Shown here piece by piece: positions 19,565-28,612 of a stretch of DNA of 38,536 nt (positions are counted from its first letter, which is position 1; each line of letters begins with the position of its first letter). The notes below the pieces were generated by a model. That model had not been told where the DNA came from. It worked only from the letters and a program-made list of their open reading frames with translations, and searched no databases. The DNA is taken from assembly GCA_021849995.1 (NCBI GenBank), contig JAJZSC010000001.1:1-38536 (forward strand), given 5' to 3'. The position numbers and the translations under genes were made by a program. Source of the stretch: Bacillota bacterium (GTDB taxonomy: Bacteria; Bacillota; Desulfitobacteriia; Desulfitobacteriales; Desulfitobacteriaceae).

Positions 19565-21052
19565 ATGTTGGGACTTAATGGTTATAACCTTACAAAGAAT
19601 GTTCATGTGTACCGCCAAGGAGACTTAAATATTGCCTATGATGTTAATTCAGGCTCGCTACACCTATTATCTGACTCGGCTTTTACTGTAATAAAAGCGA
19701 TGGAAGGAAACGAACAATTAAGAGATGAGATTAGTAGTTATCTTAGTGAAAATGTAATTATAGATGGTATTGGGGCATTGGGCAAAGCTGAACTCAAAGA
19801 AGTGCTAGAGGAACTCTTAGCACTGCAATCTGAGGGAACACTATTCAGTTCTGAAGCACTTGAGTATTTCCCGGGTTATCCTGATATTCCCATAGTAAAA
19901 GCTATTTGCCTGCATGTCGCTCATGATTGCAATCTACGCTGCAGGTATTGTTTTGCCGGAACAGGTTCCTTTGGTGGGAAAAGGACGTTAATGGATTTGG
20001 ATACGGGAAAAAAGGCCATTGACTTCGTTCTATCCGCTTCAGCTCATCGCAAACAATGTGAGGTTGATTTCTTTGGCGGGGAACCTTTATTAAACTTCGA
20101 AGTAATAAAAGAACTGGTGTCTTATGGTAAGTCTGCTGCCGCGGCATTAGGAAAAAAGATTAAGTTCACTCTAACTACAAATGCTCTTCTCTTAAACGAC
20201 ACAATACAGGATTATCTGGAGCAGGAGGATATCAGTGTAGTTCTTAGTCTTGATGGGAGGCAAGAAATAAATGATAATCTGCGCCCAGATGCAGGAGGGC
20301 GTGGTAGCTACCAGCGCTTAGTACCTAATATACAATCCTTTGTTAAACGCCGGCCGCAGAGTTCGCCTTATGCTGTGGGGACATACTATTATGTCCGAGG
20401 GACATATACTCACCACAACCCCGATTTTTACAGGGATGTTCTGCATATTGCTGACCTCGGAATAAACCAGATTTCGGTTGAGCCTGTCGTGGCAGCGCCA
20501 ACAGAGCATTATGCCTTTCAGGAAGAAGATATTCCACAGATTTTTGAAAGCTATGATCTATTGGCCGAAGAAATATTGAAAAGACGCCAACAGAGTCAAG
20601 GATTTAATTTCTTTCACTTCAATATTGAGTTAAACGGTGGTCCCTGCCTTCCGAAAAGGTTGTCGGGTTGCGGAGCCGGACATGAATATGTGGCGATTTC
20701 GCCTGAAGGAGATATCTACCCTTGCCACCAGTTTGTTGGCCAAGAAGAATTTAAGCTAGGTTCTTTACTTGACGCGGAAAAAACTGAGATTAACCTTAAG
20801 CAGGAGCTGGTTCATTTATTCCGCACTGCCAACATTTATGCTAAACAAGCTTGCAAAGAGTGTTGGGCTAGGTTTTTCTGTAGTGGGGGATGTCATGCTG
20901 CGAACCAAGCCTCAACCAATAAACTAACAGAAGTATATTCTCTTGGTTGTACCTTGCAGAAAAAGCGTTTAGAGGTTGCAATCTACTTGAAAATAAAGGA
21001 ACTAATGGCAGGGGAGGCTGCTGCTTCGGAAAACGCCCAAATTCGGTGTTGA
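19565..21052 (+). CDS. scfB: SCIFF radical SAM/SPASM maturase (thioether-forming)
   Basis: CNLRCRYCF radical SAM cluster motif. C-terminal SPASM Cys clusters (CGAGHEY..PCHQF..CKECWARFFCSGGCHA). Adjacent to scfA. Confidence 0.9.
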   Translation: MLGLNGYNLTKNVHVYRQGDLNIAYDVNSGSLHLLSDSAFTVIKAMEGNEQLRDEISSYLSENVIIDGIGALGKAELKEVLEELLALQSEGTLFSSEALEYFPGYPDIPIVKAICLHVAHDCNLRCRYCFAGTGSFGGKRTLMDLDTGKKAIDFVLSASAHRKQCEVDFFGGEPLLNFEVIKELVSYGKSAAAALGKKIKFTLTTNALLLNDTIQDYLEQEDISVVLSLDGRQEINDNLRPDAGGRGSYQRLVPNIQSFVKRRPQSSPYAVGTYYYVRGTYTHHNPDFYRDVLHIADLGINQISVEPVVAAPTEHYAFQEEDIPQIFESYDLLAEEILKRRQQSQGFNFFHFNIELNGGPCLPKRLSGCGAGHEYVAISPEGDIYPCHQFVGQEEFKLGSLLDAEKTEINLKQELVHLFRTANIYAKQACKECWARFFCSGGCHAANQASTNKLTEVYSLGCTLQKKRLEVAIYLKIKELMAGEAAASENAQIRC

Positions 21053-21126
21053 AGAAAGCTTGGCTGGCCCCGAGCTTTAGCGCAGGCGGCTGCCTAAATG
21101 CACCCGAAAGTTATACTTTCTGCCCT
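21044..21126 (-). repeat. Dispersed intergenic repeat, copy D (reverse orientation)
   Basis: The reverse complement reads GGCAGAAAGTATAACTTTCGGGTGCATTTAGGCAGCCGCCTGCGCTAAAGCTCGGGGCCAGCCAAGCTTTCTTCAACACC. Its end overlaps the last codons and TGA of scfB. Confidence 0.8.
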
Positions 21127-21185
21127 GAAAATAAATTATTTTCATTCATCAGTGGTGACGCTAGAGCGGCATGGGAGTCTGATAG

Positions 21186-21275
21186 GTGTAAACAAACTTG
21201 GCTTGCACCAAGTCTTCAGAATCAGGCGGAAGGCTTAGTTGCAATTATGCACCCTGAGACACATACTTCCTGATT
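21186..21275 (-). repeat. Dispersed intergenic repeat, copy D2 (reverse orientation)
   Basis: The reverse complement reads ..CAGGAAGTATGTGTCTCAGGGTGCATAATTGCAACTAAGCCTTCCGCCTGATTCTGAAGACTTGGTGCAAGCCAAGTTTGTTTACACC. Confidence 0.75.
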
Positions 21276-21338
21276 TGCTAAAGTAAATTGGCTGGCTAGT
21301 TATACTATACTAATGGTCAAAAGTGGAGTGAGGAATAG

Positions 21339-23312
21339 ATGTCGCAAACTAGTCGTTCAGGCTGCCCGTTGAATTGTCCGGATAGTTGCAGCTTTTTAGT
21401 TGAAAAGACTGGAACGAATGCTCTGAGGGTAAAAGGAGACCCGAGAAACCCTATAACGAAAGGTTTTATTTGTTCCAAGGGTCAAGCATTAGCTGACAGG
21501 ATATTTTCTCCGGATCGAATTCTATATCCGTTATTAAGGCAAGGGACTGGTTTTAAAAGGATCACCTGGGAGCAGGCCTATAAGCTAATTGTGGCTAAAA
21601 TCCAGCAGGTACTAGAGACCTCTGGAGCTAAAGCAATTTTCCATCATTACGACTATGCGCATAATGGGGTGTTAAGATCCCTTGATAGACGCTTTTTCCA
21701 AGTGCTAGGCGGGGTTACTGAACCACGTGGAAGTATGTGTTGGGGGTCTGGATACCGGGCACAAGAGATCGATTTTGGGGCCCTATATGCAAATGATTGG
21801 GCAGATCTTACTAACGCCAAAACGATTATCTTATGGGGCAGAGATCCTGCCGTAACTAATATCCACCTTATTCCATACTTGCTGCAAGCTATGGAGAAGG
21901 GAGCATCAATCATAGTAATTAATCCTGTTCGGATTAAGAGCGCACAATTCGCTACTGAATACATCAAGGTGAAGCCGGGTACGGATGCTGCGCTGGCCTT
22001 AGGGCTCTGCCACCTTATTTTAAGTGAACGATGGGCCAATTATGATTTTATCAGGCAGCATGTGATAGGTTTTGAGGAATATCTGCATGAGGTCAAATCA
22101 TATACACCGGAAAAGGTTGAAGAAATAACCAACATTCCAAAATCCGAGCTTGTAGCACTGGCTCGCAAAATTTCCCAAGCAGGGCCAGTTTCTTTTGTTC
22201 TCGGTTATGGTCTACAACGTTACCGAGGTGGGGGGAATACTGTCAGGGCGATTGATTCTCTAGCCGCCATAACCGGAAATATTGGCTCTCCAGGAGCAGG
22301 AGTTCATTATGCTCACCAATATCACCGGGGCAATCTTCAATCCTTATTTCTACCGGAGGAACGCTATCAAAATCGAACTTTTCCTCATCCGGTACTGGCA
22401 GAAGAGTTAAGGCAGGCTCAGCCGGCAATTCAACTTGCTTTCGTTACCCGTTCTAACCCACTGGTTCAACAGCCAAACTCAGTCCTTTGGAAAGAAGTTT
22501 GGTCAGGGATTCCTTTTAAAGTAGTTTTAGAAACCCATTTGAGCGAGACTGCTCGGCAGGCAGACTTGGTTTTGCCGATAACAACAATCTTTGAAGAAGA
22601 AGATCTGCTTTATACATCATGGAATTCCATGCTTCAATTGACTGAGGCGGTTATCGAACCTCAAGGTGAGTCGAGACCTGAACCGGTGATTTTTACCGAT
22701 CTAGCCAAAAGATTGGGGTTTGAGCAGGATTTTGACAAGACCCCCAGAGAGTGGATCGAATACGTAATTGAGCCATTAAAGGTATATAATCTAACAATTG
22801 AGAATTTCCTGGCAGGACCAATTCTCTCTCCCTATATTCCCGAGGTTGCTTGGAGTGACTATGAGTTTAAAACCCCTAGCGGTAAAATAGAACTTTTTTC
22901 AGAAATTGCCAAGCAAGAATCCGGATACCCTGTAGCCACATATATCCCACCTGCTTGCGAGAAGGATGCCCGGGAGTATCCTCACTTTTTGCTTACTCCA
23001 CACCCATCCAAAGGGATACACTCACAATTTAATGAGATGGAAGGCTTTGCTGCGTATATTCATTCCTCGCTTGCGAAAAAGTATAATTTGTTTAATGGCA
23101 ACAGGGTTATTGTCGAGACAGAAGATGGTCAGCTGATAGCTACTGTTCAGATTTCAGAGGATATTCATGAGGAGGCAGTAGTAGTACCAGAAGGATCTAC
23201 GTTTAATGGTTTGGGGGTCAACCAATTGTTTAAAGGATTTATTCCGGATTACGGAGAAAGTACTCCGTATTATGATAACCGTTGTGCCCTTCGTAAATGG
23301 CAAGTGGACTAA
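21339..23312 (+). CDS. Molybdopterin (bis-MGD) oxidoreductase family protein, YyaE-like, substrate unknown
   Basis: N-terminal 4Fe-4S motif CPLNCPDSC...C(x)SKG. 657 aa with domain order typical of the DMSO reductase/formate dehydrogenase superfamily. No in-frame TGA. Confidence 0.75.
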   Translation: MSQTSRSGCPLNCPDSCSFLVEKTGTNALRVKGDPRNPITKGFICSKGQALADRIFSPDRILYPLLRQGTGFKRITWEQAYKLIVAKIQQVLETSGAKAIFHHYDYAHNGVLRSLDRRFFQVLGGVTEPRGSMCWGSGYRAQEIDFGALYANDWADLTNAKTIILWGRDPAVTNIHLIPYLLQAMEKGASIIVINPVRIKSAQFATEYIKVKPGTDAALALGLCHLILSERWANYDFIRQHVIGFEEYLHEVKSYTPEKVEEITNIPKSELVALARKISQAGPVSFVLGYGLQRYRGGGNTVRAIDSLAAITGNIGSPGAGVHYAHQYHRGNLQSLFLPEERYQNRTFPHPVLAEELRQAQPAIQLAFVTRSNPLVQQPNSVLWKEVWSGIPFKVVLETHLSETARQADLVLPITTIFEEEDLLYTSWNSMLQLTEAVIEPQGESRPEPVIFTDLAKRLGFEQDFDKTPREWIEYVIEPLKVYNLTIENFLAGPILSPYIPEVAWSDYEFKTPSGKIELFSEIAKQESGYPVATYIPPACEKDAREYPHFLLTPHPSKGIHSQFNEMEGFAAYIHSSLAKKYNLFNGNRVIVETEDGQLIATVQISEDIHEEAVVVPEGSTFNGLGVNQLFKGFIPDYGESTPYYDNRCALRKWQVD

Positions 23313-23374
23313 GTGTACATGCTCATGCTAAAATAAATTGGATATGTCAGGTAATCAAGAGGAGGGAATAATCC

Positions 23375-24040
23375 ATGCGAAAACAACAGAAGAAAAGGCA
23401 AAGAATATTTGCTATTGTTGTAGTGGCCGCTGTGGCTATAACTATGATAGGCTCTAGTTTTGCCATGCTAGGTTCATCTTTTCTCAGTAGTTCAACCTCT
23501 AGCGCCGGTGGCAGCATCCAGGCGCAAAAGGCTTTGGTGGAGAGGTTAAGCCAGTCGGTAGAAAAGAATCCGTCAGATGGAGCCCTCCAGCTTGAACTGG
23601 GTAATGCTTATTATGATTTAGCTATGTCTACCATTCAGACTGATATGGCTGCATCCCAACCAAATTTTAAAAAGGCTTTAGAGGCTTATCAAGTAGCTGT
23701 TAAGACCAAGCGGGATATAAACTTGTTAGTTGATATGGCAACTTCAGCATTTTATGCCGGAGAAAATGATTTAGCTGACAAGACTTTTAAGGAAGCGATA
23801 ACAGAAAAGCCAACCTTTCTTAATGCCAGATTCAATTACGGGATATTCTTGATGAATGCAAAGCAAGACTACAGTGGGGCTATTGAGCAATGGAAGACTG
23901 CTTTGGGATATAACCCTTCAGGAGCTGATGCGGATCGTTTAAAAAGCTTAATCTCAACAGCTCAAACTAAACTTGATGCACAATATCAAGAAATGCTAAA
24001 TGGTCCAAACCCTGCTAAGTCTGGCCAGGGAGGAAAATAA
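23375..24040 (+). CDS. Membrane-anchored TPR-repeat protein
   Basis: N-terminal basic stretch plus TM helix (IFAIVVVAAVAITMIG), then TPR-like helices (LGNAYYDL.., AFYAGENDLADKTFKEAI.., ARFNYGIFLMNAKQDYSGAIEQWKTAL). Confidence 0.6.
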   Translation: MRKQQKKRQRIFAIVVVAAVAITMIGSSFAMLGSSFLSSSTSSAGGSIQAQKALVERLSQSVEKNPSDGALQLELGNAYYDLAMSTIQTDMAASQPNFKKALEAYQVAVKTKRDINLLVDMATSAFYAGENDLADKTFKEAITEKPTFLNARFNYGIFLMNAKQDYSGAIEQWKTALGYNPSGADADRLKSLISTAQTKLDAQYQEMLNGPNPAKSGQGGK

Positions 24041-24041
24041 T

Positions 24042-24875
24042 TTGCATTTTGCAACATTGGCTTCAGGCAGCTCGGGAAATGCTATTTTGGTAGGGTCTGG
24101 CGGGAGAAGTCTTTTAATAGACTGTGGAATAAGTGCCAAAGCCCTCCTACATAATCTATCAATGCTTAATGAGTCGAGTTCTAAAGTTAAGATAGACCAC
24201 TCGCAGATTGAAGGAATAGTAATCACGCACGAGCACCGTGACCATATAACTGGCATTGGAGTTGTAGCACGTAAGTTGCGTATTCCGATTTATGCGACCT
24301 CAACCCTTTGGTCCGAGATAGAGAACAGTATCGGAAAAATTCAGGAAAATCAAAGGGTTGAGGTAAACAGTGAGGCTGTTTTTACTTGTGCCGGTTTAGG
24401 AGTTAAACTGTTCAGAACTTCTCACGATAGCAGGGAAAGCTATGGGCTAAAGATTCAGGAATCTAACGGAGATTATAAGCATACAATTGGAATTGCAACA
24501 GACACTGGTATTATTACAGAGGAAATGAATGAACATCTAAAAGGGTGTGATGCCCTGGTTGTTGAGGCAAATCATGATAAAGACAGGCTTTGGCAGGGAG
24601 GTTATCCTTGGTACTTAAAGAAACGAATCAACGGGATTTACGGCCACTTGGAGAATAAGCAGCTTGCTGAGGGACTTCTAGAATGGATAGAGGAGAATAC
24701 ACAGAGGGTGGTTTTGGCTCACCTGAGTGAAGAGAATAATACCCCGGATCTTGCTTTGTCCACGGTTGCCCGCATACTTAAAGATTCAGCTATTTCCCGG
24801 AAAAATCCCAGATTGCGTTTAAGGGTAGCTCCGCGATTTACTCCGCATGAACTTATAGTCTTAGGAGAAGAATAA
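24042..24875 (+). CDS. MBL-fold metallo-hydrolase, YycJ/WalJ-like
   Basis: HEHRDH (HxHxDH) motif. Start TTG 24042 follows GGAGGA and immediately follows the TPR gene stop. An HtrA-like protease and rlmH come next, as in the Bacillus yycJ-htrC-rlmH arrangement. Confidence 0.75.
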   Translation: MHFATLASGSSGNAILVGSGGRSLLIDCGISAKALLHNLSMLNESSSKVKIDHSQIEGIVITHEHRDHITGIGVVARKLRIPIYATSTLWSEIENSIGKIQENQRVEVNSEAVFTCAGLGVKLFRTSHDSRESYGLKIQESNGDYKHTIGIATDTGIITEEMNEHLKGCDALVVEANHDKDRLWQGGYPWYLKKRINGIYGHLENKQLAEGLLEWIEENTQRVVLAHLSEENNTPDLALSTVARILKDSAISRKNPRLRLRVAPRFTPHELIVLGEE

Positions 24876-24892
24876 GGTTAGGAGGTAAGGTA

Positions 24893-26053
24893 ATGAGCTA
24901 TTATAACGATAACAATTACAATAATTATCCCAACAATTCTTCTGGCAGAAGGCCCCGGTTTTTCTCTACTGTAGCAATTTCCCTAATAAGTGCTTTAATA
25001 GGCGGACTGTTGTCGGTAGCAATTATTCCTTCAGTTTATGGGAATAGACCACAGGGAAATCCAGTTGTATTAGGCCAAAATACAGCCCCTCTGGTTAATA
25101 TAACAGGTAACGCTGCTAATTTTCCGGTGGTTGAAATCTCCAAAGCAGTTGGCCCTGCAGTAGTAGGAATTTCTAATTTCCAATCGCGTGGGCGGGTATT
25201 CGGCGGAGGTGGATTGAGCGAAGTCGGAAGTGGGTCTGGTTTTATAATTGACGTCCAAAATGGTTATATTGCTACAAATGATCATGTTATTAAAGATGCT
25301 CAGAAGCTTGTGGTAAGTCTAATAGACGGCCGTAATGTAGATGCCAAAATAGTTGGAAGAGATCCAAGAACTGATTTAGCTGTCATTAAAATTCAGGCAG
25401 ATAAGCTTACTGCTGCCCAACTTGGGGACTCAACGAAAATTCAGGTAGGAGAACCGGTAGTTGCGATTGGAAATCCAGGGGGACAGGAATTCGCGCGTTC
25501 TGTAACCACAGGCGTGGTGTCAGCCACCAACAGGTTTTTGATGCTAATGGGAGAATCAAGTTTCAACTTGATTCAAACTGATGCAGCGATTAATCCGGGA
25601 AACAGCGGTGGTCCACTTGTTAATTATGCAGGACAAGTAATTGGTATTAATTCAGCCAAAAACCAGGAGCCCGGTTTCGAAGGGATGGGGTTTGCAATCC
25701 CTATTACCGATGCACTACCAACGATAAAGCAAATGATTGAGAAGGGTTATGCAAGCCATCCGGCACTCTTAGTTTCCATAGACGACCGCTATACTGCAGA
25801 ATGGGCTGCACAGCAGGGCTGGCCCTCCGGGGCTTATGTAGCCAAAGTCAATCCCGGTGGTCCAGCAGACAAAGCAGGTATTCAGGCAGGAGATGTCCTG
25901 ACGAAAATAAATGGAGTGGTTATTCGAAATTCGCTTGAATTAACTCATCAGTTATTTAAATATAAACCAGGGGATAAGATTACGGTGACTTATTATCGCA
26001 ATGGTACGGAAAAGGATGTCCAAGCGGTCTTAACCGAATTAAAATCACAATAA
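24893..26053 (+). CDS. HtrA/DegP family serine protease with PDZ domain
   Basis: N-terminal TM anchor. Catalytic triad context TNDHV, DLAVIKI, GNSGGPL. C-terminal PDZ (GAYVAKVNPGGPADKAGIQAGDVLTKING). Confidence 0.9.
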   Translation: MSYYNDNNYNNYPNNSSGRRPRFFSTVAISLISALIGGLLSVAIIPSVYGNRPQGNPVVLGQNTAPLVNITGNAANFPVVEISKAVGPAVVGISNFQSRGRVFGGGGLSEVGSGSGFIIDVQNGYIATNDHVIKDAQKLVVSLIDGRNVDAKIVGRDPRTDLAVIKIQADKLTAAQLGDSTKIQVGEPVVAIGNPGGQEFARSVTTGVVSATNRFLMLMGESSFNLIQTDAAINPGNSGGPLVNYAGQVIGINSAKNQEPGFEGMGFAIPITDALPTIKQMIEKGYASHPALLVSIDDRYTAEWAAQQGWPSGAYVAKVNPGGPADKAGIQAGDVLTKINGVVIRNSLELTHQLFKYKPGDKITVTYYRNGTEKDVQAVLTELKSQ

Positions 26054-26054
26054 T

Positions 26055-26080
26055 AAGGAGGGGGCATGCCCCCTCCTTTA
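26055..26080 (+). terminator. GC-rich hairpin after htrA
   Basis: AAGGAGGGGG-CATG-CCCCCTCCTT is a perfect 10-bp stem, but the T tail is short (TTTA). Confidence 0.55.
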
Positions 26081-26087
26081 ATACCTG

Positions 26088-26176
26088 TCAGAAAGTATAA
26101 GTTTCCGGAGGCATAAGTGCATCTAGGCTATCGTCTGCGCCTTTAGGCTTGTCGCCTCCCAAGATTTCTGTTTTTT
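26088..26176 (+). repeat. Dispersed intergenic repeat, copy F
   Basis: GTCAGAAAGTATAAGTTTCCGGAGGCATAAGTGCATCTAGGCTATCGTCTGCGCCTTTAGGCTTGTCGCCTCCCAAGATTTCTG. Confidence 0.75.
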
Positions 26177-26226
26177 AAAGTTAAAAGATGAAAGCACATT
26201 TCAAGATAATGTAGGCTGGTGCAAAT

Positions 26227-26709
26227 ATGCTGCAGATTAAAATTATTGCCATAGGCAAACTTAAGGAAAAATACCTTCAGGAAGGAATTAAGGAGTATAC
26301 TAAGAGACTAAGTGCTTATGCAAAGTTAGACATAATGGAACTTCCGGATGAACCGTGTCCGGAGAAACTGTCACCTGCCGATGAGGACAGGGTTAAGGAG
26401 CGGGAAGGGAACCGAATATTAAAGGCGGTTAGTTCCAATGATTATGTTATTCTACTGGATGTCCAGGGAAAAACCTTAGATTCCCCCGGGTTTTCCAAGC
26501 TATTTGAAGATCTGGCCCTAAGTGGAAGAAGCAACCTCATTTTCATTGTTGGTGGTTCACTGGGGGTATCCCAAAGTGTAAAGAATCGAGCGGACATAAG
26601 TCTTTCTTTTTCTAAATTAACTTTTCCTCATCAACTAATGAGACTAATTCTACTAGAGCAGATCTACCGGGCAAATCGAATTAGTCGGGGAGAACCTTAT
26701 CATAAATAA
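26227..26709 (+). CDS. rlmH: 23S rRNA (pseudouridine1915-N3)-methyltransferase
   Basis: 160 aa SPOUT protein, MLQIKIIAIGKLKEKYLQEGIKEYTKRL.., C-terminal ..LMRLILLEQIYRA..GEPYHK. Confidence 0.9.
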   Translation: MLQIKIIAIGKLKEKYLQEGIKEYTKRLSAYAKLDIMELPDEPCPEKLSPADEDRVKEREGNRILKAVSSNDYVILLDVQGKTLDSPGFSKLFEDLALSGRSNLIFIVGGSLGVSQSVKNRADISLSFSKLTFPHQLMRLILLEQIYRANRISRGEPYHK

Positions 26710-26712
26710 TTA

Positions 26713-26760
26713 TAGAAAGTGGCCTGAACCCTCAGGAATATGGGGTCAGGCCACTTTCTA
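26713..26760. terminator. Long perfect hairpin between convergent rlmH and the minus-strand gene
   Basis: TAGAAAGTGGCCTGA (26713-26727) pairs perfectly with TCAGGCCACTTTCTA (26746-26760). U tracts are poor on both sides. Confidence 0.5.
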
Positions 26761-26867
26761 CGTTTCGAGTTGTGATTACTCTTTTGGACTTTTTTGTTTA
26801 TTATAACCTCTCTCGCCATAGGGCTGCAAATTATTTAGCCAGCTGTGATTAAATATTTGGTTAAATA

Positions 26868-27962
26868 TTATGGCTTTTTACAAAGATTGTTTTTAAGATT
26901 CACCAAAAAATCCTGGACATTTGTTACGATTGTAGTAACTTCCAAACTTCCGCGATCTCTCAACTTGTTTACAGCGAACTCAGCTATATCAACATAATAG
27001 ATATAAACAGGGCGAATCTCACCCTTACGGACTGTGTAAGAAGGGGTCATATTTCCTGAAGCTATGGTGTGCAGCTGGGTCGCTAGACATATTAAGGTAG
27101 TGGCTTTTCTAGTATGTTTTCGCATTTCATCTTGGGCTTGGTAAACATCGGAGATTACCGAAGGTAATGGCCCGTCATCACGGATTGAGCCGGCTAAAAC
27201 AAGTGGTATATTATTTTTTAGGGCTGAATAGACGACACCATCAGTAATCTTTTCTTGTTTCAGCAACGCAGGAAGTGAGCCTGCTTTTCTTGCCTTATTG
27301 ATTAAATCCAAGTGGTTATAGTGGCCATCCTTAACAGATTCTTGGGTATATGTATTTTGACCTAGGGCTGTATTAAAGAGGCCGGCCTCCAAGTCATGTG
27401 TAGCCATAGCGTTGCCGGCGAGGATCGCATGTACATAACCTTCATCGATCAGATTGGATAATGCACATCGTGAGTCAAAATCAAACACTACAGCCGGACC
27501 CAGAACCCAAACTATATAACCGTTTTCCTTTTCATATCTTAATAACTCATATAGATTATTATAGTCTTTGGAGTAGGCAGTTTCCCTGGAACGGCCAGCT
27601 CTGAAAGCAAATAAATCAACCTGAGAATCCTTGGATCTCAAGCCTTCAGCGTAGACATAAATTCCCTCACTGGCGTCTTCTGTTCTGCCCACGAACACTT
27701 TTTGGCCCGTTTTCAGGTTTCGAAACTCCACTACTTTAATACTGCCGTCATCCGAAAGAACAGGTACGCAATCCATTCTACTTTCGCTAGCTAATATCCA
27801 CTTCCCCGCAATCTTGAAATACTCAGGGAAAATTGACATTGCGTGATAGTTGTCTGGAGCGACACCGTCTTTGATGACCTCAACAATCTTAGCATTTGGT
27901 GCTGAGAGAAACTTGTCTTGATTAAAATCTGGAGTACGAGATTTTGGTAATTGAAAATTCAT
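26868..27962 (-). CDS. LOR/SDH conserved-domain protein (TIGR00300 family), ornithine-cyclodeaminase-like
   Basis: 364 aa from the ATG at 27962 (RBS AGGAGGG 5 nt upstream on the minus strand). Motifs ..ILAGNAMATHDLE.., ..DGHYNHLDLINKARKAGS.., ..VLAGSIRDDGPLPSVISDV.. are ones I associate with the archaeal-type OCD / ArgZ C-terminal domain family. Confidence 0.6.
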   Translation of the reverse strand: MNFQLPKSRTPDFNQDKFLSAPNAKIVEVIKDGVAPDNYHAMSIFPEYFKIAGKWILASESRMDCVPVLSDDGSIKVVEFRNLKTGQKVFVGRTEDASEGIYVYAEGLRSKDSQVDLFAFRAGRSRETAYSKDYNNLYELLRYEKENGYIVWVLGPAVVFDFDSRCALSNLIDEGYVHAILAGNAMATHDLEAGLFNTALGQNTYTQESVKDGHYNHLDLINKARKAGSLPALLKQEKITDGVVYSALKNNIPLVLAGSIRDDGPLPSVISDVYQAQDEMRKHTRKATTLICLATQLHTIASGNMTPSYTVRKGEIRPVYIYYVDIAEFAVNKLRDRGSLEVTTIVTNVQDFLVNLKNNLCKKP

Positions 27963-28280
27963 TTTATCCCTCCTGTGTTTAGACTTGCAAAACACTCCAG
28001 GTATTATACATAAGAATGTAAGGCTAGACTTTCAGTAATTAATTAAATATTTTACTCTGATTTACTCTGTATTTAAATCTTTCCTTTAAATATCTTTTAT
28101 TGCCCTCAACAGATTTTATTGTTTTCAACTTCATTACTTATGAAATTCCTTGGGAATCCCTATTAATAGATTCATTAAAATATACTTAAATACGTTTAAA
28201 ATGTATACGTTGAAAATACTCTTACAAATATGTCTACAGGCTTAGTTTATAATTCATTCTTAGAGTAAATAAATAAGGCA

Positions 28281-28309
28281 TTGACTTAAGCCTTCCTACT
28301 TGTTAAAAT
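28281..28309 (+). promoter_or_regulatory. Candidate strong sigma-A promoter of the hydrogenase-maturase operon
   Basis: TTGACT (28281-28286), 17-nt spacer, extended -10 TGtTAAAAT (28301-28309). It lies about 350 nt upstream of the first ATG. Confidence 0.6.
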
Positions 28310-28586
28310 AATTACAAGTACAAAGACTGTTAGAAGGTTTATAAGACTAACTTACAAGATGTAAACTAATATTTATTGATGTAAATAATAAAAACAGGTT
28401 AAGGAAACATACATTAAAATTCCTTCAAGTAGTGAGTATTGCCGAATGCGTCAAGAAAGTTAATTCTTAGCCGTTTGGCACTGAAATAAAAAACACCCGT
28501 ACCTAACAGAAAAGAGCAATCTAATCTGAAAGGAACAGTACAGAGCATAAAACTCCTGGGTTTTTCCTAGGCGTCTTAGGTGTATG

Positions 28587-28612
28587 AACTTTCCTACTCG
28601 GAAAGTTTTTTT
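28587..28612 (+). terminator. Intrinsic terminator-like hairpin inside the hyd operon leader (possible attenuator)
   Basis: AACTTTCC-TACTC-GGAAAGTT followed by TTTTT (the U tract continues from the stem). It is 49 nt upstream of ATG 28661. Confidence 0.55.

Noticed and set aside
20947-21273. 108-aa ORF downstream of and overlapping the scfB end
   Set aside because: It is the translation of two copies of the dispersed repeat (WLAPS appears twice). It overlaps scfB and has no RBS.
21339-23312. Selenocysteine (in-frame TGA) in the molybdopterin oxidoreductase, given selC in the window
   Set aside because: The ORF is continuous from a good RBS to its stop with no internal TGA, so it is a Cys or other type, not a selenoprotein.
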